A stretch of DNA of 64,000 bases, from positions 32,001-96,000 of the forward strand of contig CAWHXP010000010.1 of assembly GCA_963833425.1 (NCBI GenBank), written 5' to 3'. The stretch comes from an uncultured Methanosarcinaceae archaeon (GTDB taxonomy: Archaea; Halobacteriota; Methanosarcinia; Methanosarcinales; Methanosarcinaceae). The translations under genes were made by a program, and so were the position numbers. Below are positions 55,495 through 64,000 of this stretch, in pieces; within the stretch, counting starts at the first letter, position 1; each line of letters opens with the position of its first letter. The notes under the pieces are model-generated. The model was not told where the DNA came from. It ran no database searches and saw only the letters and a list, made by a program, of their open reading frames with translations.

Positions 55495-55917
55495 TCACAC
55501 ATTTTCGTTTGATGGTACAGTTGTGAGTTTTGAGAATTTTACCCCTTTTAGGGCCATTATAGATTCGTCAACCTCTTTAATTCTTTCACCATCTCCATCC
55601 AAAACAATTACTTCAAAACAGTTTTCATGATCGATGTGTATATGCACGGATGACTTTATTAGGTGAGAGTATTGATGCTGGATATCTGCAAGGGCGTTTG
55701 AGAGACCTCTTTTATTGTGGTCATAAACAACAGCAATGGTTCCGATACGATGGCCTTTAATGCCACCCATCCACTCGTAATAGGAAATATAACTCCTGAT
55801 GGCATCTCTTATGCCTTCTGAACGGGAAGAATAGCCTCTTTTTTTGGTAATCTCATCAAATTTACTCAAAAGGTTGTCAGGAAGAGAAACCCCTATCCTC
55901 ATAAGTTCTGTTTCCAT
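55495..55917 (-). CDS. nikR: Nickel-responsive regulator
   Basis: [30 protein letters not shown] and [13 protein letters not shown]. Confidence 0.96.
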   Translation of the reverse strand: METELMRIGVSLPDNLLSKFDEITKKRGYSSRSEGIRDAIRSYISYYEWMGGIKGHRIGTIAVVYDHNKRGLSNALADIQHQYSHLIKSSVHIHIDHENCFEVIVLDGDGERIKEVDESIMALKGVKFSKLTTVPSNENV

Positions 55918-56554
55918 CGTATCACCAAATTATTTGGATTTATCCATTTAATAATACTTTATTATAACATAAGTATTACTATATATGTTTTATCCACTTA
56001 ATAACCACATAAAATAATTAGTTATGATTCCATACTAGAAATCAGTACTTCATAAGCCCCGAAAGATATTTTTAATCTGTTAAAGTTTTGAAAACTTCAA
56101 TATTTAGCAGTTATTTATAGTTCAAAACGTCTTCAATACCATCTCTCAGTTTTTTTGTTTCGCCTTTTGGATGGAGAGCGTAGAACGTCTTGATGCATGA
56201 AAAACCTAAAAATTTTGGTATTTTACAGATGATATGCCAGAAAAGACTTTGGAAATATTGAAATTTATCGATGGCCATGTTTTTTTAACTAGTTATCCGA
56301 AATATTTACAATCCTAAGCCAACAAAGGTTTGTTAATATGCATTCACTAAAGCAGGATTTATTCAAAATTATATAATCATAAAAAGAAGTCGATTTAGTC
56401 CTAAAAAGAAAGAAATTAAGGGTTTTAAATTTATTTTTACGACCTATTGCCGGTAGACCTTTTTGGGGTAGTTTTGCATAAGGATCGCAAAATAATTTAG
56501 ACCATTATTTATATTCCATATATTTTTTCCAGTTGTTTATATCATTTTCTGGAA

Positions 56555-56866
56555 CTAGGGTTCGACAATTGGATTAAAGTGTCCTGACTCTGTACCAGCA
56601 GGTACCTCACCCAAGTAGGGGAAACTGGTTGCAGGAGAAGGACAAGATACAACCCAGGATCCTGCGCCATTATAAACATACTGACAAGGACCAGACCAGT
56701 TCCATCCCCAGCCAAAGCCGTCACCCCAGCTTCCTCCAAAGCCCCAAGCTCCACCACGGTACCAACCTGCACGTGCACTAACTGACATACCTGTCAATGA
56801 TACTAAAAACAGAGCTGCTAAATAAATAGACAGTACCTTTTTCATTTTACTGGATGATTGTTTCAA
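56555..56866 (-). CDS. Secreted Gly/Trp-rich peptide with a Cys pair
   Basis: MKKVLSIYLAALFLVSLTGMSVSA signal, then RAGWYRGGAWGFGGSWGDGFGWGWNWSGPCQYVYNGAGSWVVSCP. Confidence 0.8.
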   Translation of the reverse strand: MKQSSSKMKKVLSIYLAALFLVSLTGMSVSARAGWYRGGAWGFGGSWGDGFGWGWNWSGPCQYVYNGAGSWVVSCPSPATSFPYLGEVPAGTESGHFNPIVEP

Positions 56867-57237
56867 TATTTTATTACGCTCCTTTTATATTGTTTAACTT
56901 AACACTGAATACTGATAACATTTATAGATATATAAATATATATGTATAATTACTAATTTATTGTTTATAAGCCCTGGAAGATAATGATATTCCGTAAGGT
57001 AACAAATATTGCCCTATTTCTTTTTTGAGTCGTCAGTAGTACTTATTATTTAATCCTTCGTTAAAATTGATTCAAAGCATTTCTTATAATCAATCTTTTA
57101 CGCCTATTTATTTTGCTAATTTATTAGATTTGGTAATAAAATTTGGATATTATCAAAATATTTAGAATATAACCAAAAATTTATCTATAATAGATATAGC
57201 ATATAATTCTTAATATTTATTAGAATAAATATAAAAG

Positions 57238-57564
57238 GTGAAACAAATGTTAAAACAAACATCTAGTAGAATGAAAAAGGTACTGTCTATTTCTTTAGCA
57301 GTTCTTTTTGTAATATCGGTGACATCAGTGGCAGCTAGTGCACACTATGGTGGCTGGGGCGGCTATGGCTGGGGTCCCGGATGGGGCTATGGTACTGGTT
57401 GTAGGTGGGTGGGTGGTGATAATTGGCTTTGCCCTGGATTCAATTTTACATCGGGAATGCCATACACTATTCAAAATTCAACACCTGCAGCTCCAGCTCC
57501 TGCGGCTCCGGATCTAGGTCCAGATGCAGGACTAGCTATATTTCCAAAAAAAGCATCCACATAG
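57238..57564 (+). CDS. Secreted Gly/Trp/Tyr-rich peptide with a Cys pair and Pro/Ala tail
   Basis: Same leader family, then HYGGWGGYGWGPGWGYGTGCRWVGGDNWLCP. Confidence 0.8.
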   Translation: MKQMLKQTSSRMKKVLSISLAVLFVISVTSVAASAHYGGWGGYGWGPGWGYGTGCRWVGGDNWLCPGFNFTSGMPYTIQNSTPAAPAPAAPDLGPDAGLAIFPKKAST

Positions 57565-57919
57565 ATAATTTCTTCAAGTATGTGATTAAAACAATGTAAA
57601 TGATGTTACCCTTAGTCATTGTATAGGATTTTGATAAGCAAGGCATAAAACATTTTAAAATTGACAATAGTTTGAGCTTATTACATTTTTAATCATTCCT
57701 GGATAACATCACAAGCTTATCAACAAATAACGTAATTTGTGGAGTTCAAACATTGTCATAAAATATTAATATATTAAAATTTTGCATTTGATTTAGATAG
57801 GTTTCTTTGATGGTTTAGCTGAAGTTCTGTTATATCTGATGAGCTCTTTATCATTTTCTTTCACTTCAAAAAAGCAGGATGCTGAAGTAGTAGTTATACT
57901 AACTAAATTTTTGTTATTT

Positions 57920-58056
57920 TATTCTTATTTATGCTTGTGATTTAGTTTAATTAGTTCCAAGTGTTCCAAGAGCTCCATGTGTAATGGATCTTCAATGTTT
58001 TCTTATTCTGGAAGGAGCTTAGAAAATTCAGAGATTTTCGCACCAAAACTATGCAT
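57920..58056. repeat. Conserved arm plus family A site (58026-58056)
   Basis: TTAATTAGTTCCAAGTGTTCCAAGAGCTCCATG arm; ATTCAGAGATTT TCGCACC AAAACTATGCAT. Confidence 0.7.
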
Positions 58057-58358
58057 GGAAGATTAAAAAGGTAAAATTTCGATAAACCTCTGACTTTCAC
58101 GAGTAATTTGGATATCAATTATAAGCATATGATAAAATTAAGGACTTTATTGGACTCCTCTATAACCCTAAGTTTACAGATCCTACTGATTAATACAATC
58201 GTTTATTACACAAAGCATATTTTAGCGGCACGACATATTTATAAAAAGTTAATAATGTTACAAATCAAAGCACATACTGTAAAACTTTAAATTATATGGG
58301 GAAAAAAGAAGTTGAAGCCCATTTTTATATTGCAAAATATGCTTCGATCAAATTATAG

Positions 58359-59730
58359 TTATAATTGTAGCTTAAGAATTTCAGAGCTGTCATCGGTATC
58401 CTCAACCCACTTGCAGCTATCTTCCCAGTTGAACACTCCAACAGCGAACTCTATTCCGCTCATTTTCACGTATTCCCGGATTTTGTTCAGCGCATGATCT
58501 ACCATACCACCAGCTGTAAGGATAAGGCAACGCTTTCCACAAAGAGCCATTAGTATAGATTTGTCTATAACTCCTGAGGTGACATCCAGGTGGATTCCAT
58601 CCTGCTCTGCGAGATTTTTACTTTTATTGCCCATTCTACCTACAAAAACCATTTTCCCTTCTTCCAAAAGTTGTCGTACCTCTCCCAGAGAATAATTAAC
58701 AGTATCATAAACCAAAATTCCTCCGGCTTTAATCCCTTTACGCTTTACTCCAACAATGGCTTTTCCATCGGGATGGAAATGGAGAACTGTAGCGTTAATG
58801 GCTTCGTAAGGAGATTGAGTTGCATATTCTCCATACATAATTCCAAGGTTTAGACTATCTCCTTCTTTGACTTTCGGAGGAACATCTACCCACATCAGGT
58901 CCAGAATTTTTAGGGTACTTACTATTTCTGGTATAGTTTTTGGGGAGTGTTTGCCGTATGCAAGCCCTCTTCTTTCGAGTTCATGATACATTTCAAGAGT
59001 AGTTGGTTGGCAGATGTCTACTTTTTGAAGAAACTCCTGCTTTTTGAAGACCTCTACAGCAGGTGTTCCCTGGCCTATAAGTTTGCTGCTGGACATGATG
59101 TACACATAGTCAGATCAGCGGTACGCCAGATCCACATCATGAGTGGAGATGATGATAGTGGTTCCGAATTGGTTAAATTCGTCAATCAGATCCATTATTT
59201 CGTCCGCACCCATCGGATCAAGATTCGAGAGAGGTTCATCCAAAATGATTACTTCGGGTTCCATTGCCATAATCCCAGCAATTGCAACTCTTTTTTTCTG
59301 GCCTCCGCTGAGATGATGTGGAGGCTTGTCCTGCAAGTGGGAAAGCCCAACTTGCTCAAGAGAACTCCTGTACGCAGACATCGACCCTTTCTTTTGAATA
59401 ACCCAAGTTTGCAGGCCCAAAAGCTACATCCTGGTACACAGTTGGAGCAAATATCTGGTCATCAGAATTTTGGAAAAGTATTCCTATGGATTTTCGGATT
59501 TCTCTGAGGGATTTTGAATCATATTTAACTGAAAATCCATGAAAATGAACCTCACCTTCATCAGGTTTGAAGGTTCCATTCAGAAGTAGAAACAGTGTGG
59601 ACTTTCCTGAACCATTTGGCCCTACAAAAGCGACCTTTTTCCCTTTTTTGATTTCAATATTCAGACCCTGGCAAGCTACAGTCCCGTCCGGATAGGTGTA
59701 TTTAAGGTTCTTAGTCTCAAGAATGATCAT
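58359..59730 (-). pseudogene. cbiO: CbiO ATPase with long C-terminal extension, disrupted
   Basis: [17 protein letters not shown] and ILDEP; frameshift near 59364 and an in-frame TGA at 59115-59117 (AYR*SDYVYIM). Confidence 0.9.
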
Positions 59731-59741
59731 AACCTGTTACC

Positions 59742-60524
59742 TCAAAAAATGGATATATTTTTTGTAAAATAAAAGAGTGAAAGAGTCGAAATGAAATAAA
59801 CAGAAGTTAAAAGCAATTCTATCGACTTTATAGGCTTGTGAACTTCGAAAATCGTCATTTTCCCGTTATAACATCTGGAATTCATGGCAATGAAGAGCTT
59901 CTCTCCCTGTTCCCACGATCTTATAAAAAGTGTGCTTGTAAGCATGCCAATAGAATTAATGGAACGCCTGAAATTCGAGTATCCTAATCTTATTGTCTGA
60001 GCATACATTATGGAAATGGCAATTTCGAGAAAGACGAAGATATAACGATAAATTAGCATGGTAAGTTCTATCAGAGTATCTGGTAGTCCGGAAGTTTTGA
60101 AAACAGCAAAGAGTTCGATCATAGGGGTTGTCAGTGCAAGGAAGTAAAGGCAACACATCCCACTTATAGCCCTTGACAAGACCAGAAGTGCAAGCTCAAG
60201 TCCATCTGCCTTTATTGAAAGAGGATATCCTATAAGTTTGAAGGATAATAGGTCCTGTCCCGAGCCTGAAAAAAAAGCAATTATAAGAACACCAACGGCA
60301 GCAAAGCTCATAGGAGCTAGCAAAAGTTTGAAATAGAGTATAGGAGACACCCTCCCAAAAACAATTATCGTAAAACTCATACAGAGGGCTATGAATACAG
60401 GAGTGATAGGGGATGTACATGAAACTCCTATAATTAATCCAAAGAAAGCTATTGCTAGTTTCAACCAGTTGTTTCGGTGCCTTAGAGGACTCATAAGAGC
60501 ATGATCGTCAAGAATATTGGTCAT
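59742..60524 (-). CDS. cbiQ: Cobalt ECF T component
   Basis: LIYRYIFVF, AQTIRLGY and AMNSRCYNG; lies between cbiN and cbiO. Confidence 0.92.
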   Translation of the reverse strand: MTNILDDHALMSPLRHRNNWLKLAIAFFGLIIGVSCTSPITPVFIALCMSFTIIVFGRVSPILYFKLLLAPMSFAAVGVLIIAFFSGSGQDLLSFKLIGYPLSIKADGLELALLVLSRAISGMCCLYFLALTTPMIELFAVFKTSGLPDTLIELTMLIYRYIFVFLEIAISIMYAQTIRLGYSNFRRSINSIGMLTSTLFIRSWEQGEKLFIAMNSRCYNGKMTIFEVHKPIKSIELLLTSVYFISTLSLFYFTKNISIF

Positions 60525-60721
60525 TGGGGCACCTGCTAGATAAGTAGATCGAAACTAAAGAATTCTTCGTTATTTCAAGTGAGTTCTCGCCAACTAAAAA
60601 TTAAAGAGGATTTCGATAAATCTCTGATTTCAATGAATTAATTATATGCTCTTTACAAACAATCAAGCAAATTTGAGGGTTTTTTAGAACCCTCTAAAGG
60701 TTAAAAATTAAGGATTACCTA

Positions 60722-61066
60722 TCATGTTTGGATTTTTTCGTCCCTTTGCAGTTTTTTATCCTTTTGAATACCGAAATCGCTTTCAAAACTGTTTTTTGCT
60801 CTGTAATACCCGAGGAAGTAACCGATAATTATTGCACCGGTAGCTGCCTGAAGGCCAAAAAGCAGGCTTTCTATTTCATCACTCGGAGGTTTCCAGATAG
60901 GTTTTGCAATGGGTTTGTAAGCCCCATCTGTAATTTGATCAATAACACCTTCGGGTTTGTCATCAGCTCCACCATATTCGGCATGTGTAGTAGAAGACAT
61001 ATAAAAGAACTGAGCTGCAAAAATCAGAATTATAGCAATCACGATAAATTCAAGTTTCCTGCTCAT
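60722..61066 (-). CDS. cbiN: CbiN (copy 2)
   Basis: One amino-acid difference from 30846..31190. Confidence 0.93.
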   Translation of the reverse strand: MSRKLEFIVIAIILIFAAQFFYMSSTTHAEYGGADDKPEGVIDQITDGAYKPIAKPIWKPPSDEIESLLFGLQAATGAIIIGYFLGYYRAKNSFESDFGIQKDKKLQRDEKIQT

Positions 61067-61770
61067 GCAGCAAGCCCCCTGATTTTGCGAACTAAAGATT
61101 CGGTCAATACGTTCATTTCAACAAGGATATCACTCTTGACCTCAATCACGTACTTGAAGAGTAGGGCACTAACTGCGCCTTCGATGATTGCTAGGGGTAT
61201 CTGAGTAATTGCGAAGACTTCAAGAAATTTGCTGAATGAACTGAAGAAACCCACATAATTTAAGATTCCTCCTGCAGGAAATGCCAAAGCAAGTTGTGTA
61301 GAAGTTGTAATATAAGTAGCCCAGTCGCCGAAAGCTGCAGCCAGAAAGACAATAAAATAAAAGTTGATTTTGGCTTTCATTCCGGCCTTATAAATTAGGT
61401 ATGACACCACCGGACCCACGATGCCCATGGAGAATACATTTGCTCCAAGGGTCGTAAGCCCTCCATGGGCTAGGAAGAGAGCTTGGAAGATTAGTACAAT
61501 AGTCCCAAGAACTGCAGTAATCGCAGGCCCAAAAATGATTGCTCCTACCCCTGTTCCTGTAGGGTGAGAACAGCTTCCTGTAACCGAGGGCATTTTTAGG
61601 GAGGAAAGCACGAATATAAATGCACCTGCGACCGCAAGGATAGGTAATATCTCGCGTTTTTTGTTCACTAATTTATTCATTTTGTAAACACCATATGCGA
61701 TCACTGGTATTGATACTGCAAACCATACTATACACCAAAACACCGGTAAAAAGCCTTCCATTATATGCAT
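61063..61770 (-). CDS. cbiM: CbiM (copy 2)
   Basis: MHIMEGFLP; near-identical to 30142..30849. Confidence 0.95.
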   Translation of the reverse strand: MHIMEGFLPVFWCIVWFAVSIPVIAYGVYKMNKLVNKKREILPILAVAGAFIFVLSSLKMPSVTGSCSHPTGTGVGAIIFGPAITAVLGTIVLIFQALFLAHGGLTTLGANVFSMGIVGPVVSYLIYKAGMKAKINFYFIVFLAAAFGDWATYITTSTQLALAFPAGGILNYVGFFSSFSKFLEVFAITQIPLAIIEGAVSALLFKYVIEVKSDILVEMNVLTESLVRKIRGLAA

Positions 61771-62072
61771 AAAGATCACCATTAAATGTCAAATCAAGTA
61801 AAATATACTTAAAACTCATGCAATTGAAGTACAAAATAAAACGTTTATTGCGCGAGTTCTAATATTATATCAAGTAAAGATTAGTTAAGTTAAATCAAAT
61901 TTAGTTGTACTAAACCTAAATAAAGTTTGTTATTAAAAAAACAAAGTGCATAAAAATTTATAAAAGTAGTTTAATGCAACCGCTATACTCAATGTAAAAT
62001 AAATTGTAGATTAGAACAAGTAAACTTATATCAGCAGATATATCTTCGAAATACAACTATCTTGCTTTTAGC

Positions 62073-62928
62073 GGTTCCGTTGCAAAAAATCCTTTCTAAT
62101 GATACAATAGAATAAAAAGAAAATCAAAGATAGTAATATGCTATTTAATTCCTTTAAATGGAAACATTATGAAGGGGAAATCATCCTATTAAATGTAAGA
62201 TGGTACTTAAAATATGCATTAAGTTATAGAAATTTAAAAGAAATGATGGCAGAAAGGGGAGTAAAAGTAGACCATACAACAATCATGAGATGGGTACATC
62301 AATATTCCCCTGAAATAGAAAAGAAGATAAGAAGACATTTAAGGCTAACAAACTATTCGTGGAGAGTTGATGAAACCTATATCAAAGTAAAAGGTAAATG
62401 GGACTATTTTTACCGAGCAGTTGACTCAAATGGGGATACAATTGATTTCATGTTAAGTTCAAAACGAGATAGAAAAGCAGCAAAGAGATTCTTTAAGAAA
62501 GCTTTAAGTTCTAATCATAATCAAATTCCAAGAGAAACAACCGTTGATAAGAATCCAGCTTATCCACCTGCTATAGATGAACTGAAAAATGATAAAATAT
62601 TACATAAAAACGTAGGAATTAGACAAATCAAGTATTTGAATAACATTATAGAACAAGATCATAGATCTATAAAGCGAATCGTTAATTCAATGTTAGGATT
62701 TCAGTCTTTTCGATCTGCTAATAAGACCTTAAAAGGAATTGAAGCTATGAATATGATTAAAAAAAGACAAGTAAATGATCTAAATTACTCTGTTCTTAAT
62801 GAAGTCAAATACATTAATCAATTGTTTGGTATAGTTTTATAATGTTAGTACATTTTCCTTGAATATTTTGATTTTTATTTATTACTTATAGATTTACATG
62901 CTTATTTTGAAGTTTTTGCAACGGAACC
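62073..62928 (+). mobile_element. IS6-family insertion sequence
   Basis: IRs GGTTCCGTTGCAAAAA / TTTTTGCAACGGAACC. Confidence 0.95.
62138..62842 (+). CDS. IS6-family DDE transposase
   Basis: WRVDETYIKVKG, YRAVD and YLNNIIEQDHRSIK. Confidence 0.95.
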   Translation: MLFNSFKWKHYEGEIILLNVRWYLKYALSYRNLKEMMAERGVKVDHTTIMRWVHQYSPEIEKKIRRHLRLTNYSWRVDETYIKVKGKWDYFYRAVDSNGDTIDFMLSSKRDRKAAKRFFKKALSSNHNQIPRETTVDKNPAYPPAIDELKNDKILHKNVGIRQIKYLNNIIEQDHRSIKRIVNSMLGFQSFRSANKTLKGIEAMNMIKKRQVNDLNYSVLNEVKYINQLFGIVL

Positions 62929-62955
62929 AAAATATGTTAAGTTAAACTGAAAATA

Positions 62956-63405
62956 TTAATCAACTGATAACTCATTACTTTCTGCAACCAGATCAAATTT
63001 CTCTAGAATTTGTTTTCTAATTTTGTCTGCGTCCTTGACGCTTATCTCGACATTTTGATTCAGGTTTTCTGCAACAACATTAGTTTTGCTATATACTCTC
63101 CGTCCAAATTCTTCAGGGAACCTTCTCTCCAAAATCCACATGGAAACCTGGCAATTTCCAACTGCAGCTGCATTATTTAACCGTTCAAGAAGAACCTTTG
63201 CGGCATCAGCATTACATTTTTCAATATGTTGATAGAATTCAAAGTACTTTCCTGATGTTGAATCTCTTCCCAGTTTCATCCAATCATTGAACGCCTGATA
63301 AGTCAGACCTGCTGAATTAGCAGCGAGAGCATAAGTTAATCCGAGAGATACACCATCACCGATTTTCTGTTGTACTTCGGGAGTGAGCTTTGTAGGACGT
63401 GGCAT
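62956..63405 (-). CDS. HTH protein resembling a terminase small subunit (copy 2)
   Basis: Paralog of 4169..4618. Confidence 0.6.
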   Translation of the reverse strand: MPRPTKLTPEVQQKIGDGVSLGLTYALAANSAGLTYQAFNDWMKLGRDSTSGKYFEFYQHIEKCNADAAKVLLERLNNAAAVGNCQVSMWILERRFPEEFGRRVYSKTNVVAENLNQNVEISVKDADKIRKQILEKFDLVAESNELSVD

Positions 63406-63815
63406 GATAACACAGTTTTTTATTTTTTAGTAATAATATTAGTGAATCTTGTATTAAATGTTTCTTTAGTTCTTTTATGCATTAAGGCGGGGTTTTGACT
63501 CGATTAATCAACAATGGGCCATTCTCAGACGTTTTTTGACTAGACTAATCATCTTCTAAGGGACTCCTAATAAACGTCACTCTAGTGGCCCCAGATTAAG
63601 CCATTTTTTCGACAGAACCAAGCCCCCATAAATCTATGCACTGAGAACTTGGGATAGGTTCTCGAGATTTTTCATATATTTTTATTACTTTAAAATAATA
63701 AAAACTAAATAATTTATTTACTAGTGTGGAAAGACTTATGGCTGTAATTAAACAAAAAAATTGAATGTTAGAAGTGATTGTCAATTAGTCAACTTTCCAG
63801 TCAAATATCTACGAA

Positions 63816-64000
63816 TTACCCATGATTAATTTCGGTCTCAATCTGCAGAAGCCAAACTTTTGCTTCTGTATTACCATCCTTATCGGTTATAGTGCAACCC
63901 AATTCATGAATAACACCAAGTTGTTGATCAAACTCAGCTATTTGCTCTTGCATTGTTTTTTCGTGTGATGTGAAATATCTATGTTTACCTGTTTTGTCAA
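63816..64000 (-). CDS. Hypothetical protein, 3' part (in-frame copy of 3357..3747)
   Basis: DKTGKHRYFTSHEKTMQEQIAEFDQQLGVIHELG...EINHG*. Confidence 0.65.
   Translation of the reverse strand, partial: DKTGKHRYFTSHEKTMQEQIAEFDQQLGVIHELGCTITDKDGNTEAKVWLLQIETEINHG

Noticed and set aside
59115..59117. In-frame stop in cbiO as Sec/Pyl recoding
   Set aside because: It is TGA, not the TAG used for pyrrolysine, at a probable Trp position in a gene that is also frameshifted. The stops at 2128 and 29572 are TAA.
23892..61204. Long antisense or alternate-frame ORFs (for example 23892, 24634, 27497, 30708, 43345, 58947, 60728)
   Set aside because: They overlap well-supported genes and show no recognisable motifs.
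1..64000. tRNA or rRNA genes, or a tRNA-derived att site
   Set aside because: No GC-rich cloverleaf or rRNA-like segment noticed; tRNAscan was not run.

Overview
AT-rich archaeal accessory region, most consistent with Methanosarcina (gamma-carbonic anhydrase Cam, DUF2117, YVTN propeller, CbiO with a long C-terminal extension, Cdc6). It looks like a heavily rearranged island or an integrated plasmid/provirus remnant. Main cargo is transition-metal handling: FeoB with a DtxR-FeoA regulator, two cbiMN copies plus cbiQO, nikMN and nikQO halves 16 kb apart, nikR, a His-rich mini-protein, two tandem nicotianamine-synthase-like genes and a divergent ThiC-family enzyme. Other cargo includes nadE, cam, three toxin-antitoxin-like pairs, paralogous secreted propeller proteins and four secreted Gly/Trp-rich peptide genes. 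Mobility features: two IS6 copies, several MITE families, a 9.6-kb segment bounded by IS6-type MITEs with matching 8-bp target duplications, a broken cdc6 next to an ORB-like origin, and an inverted duplication of a terminase-small-subunit-like module near both window ends. The most unusual signal is about 11 dispersed 31-bp palindromes (ATGCAYAGDTTT-N7-AAAHCTVTGCAT) at cassette boundaries, resembling tyrosine-recombinase sites. All calls come from reading the sequence and ORF track by eye; no database search was run.
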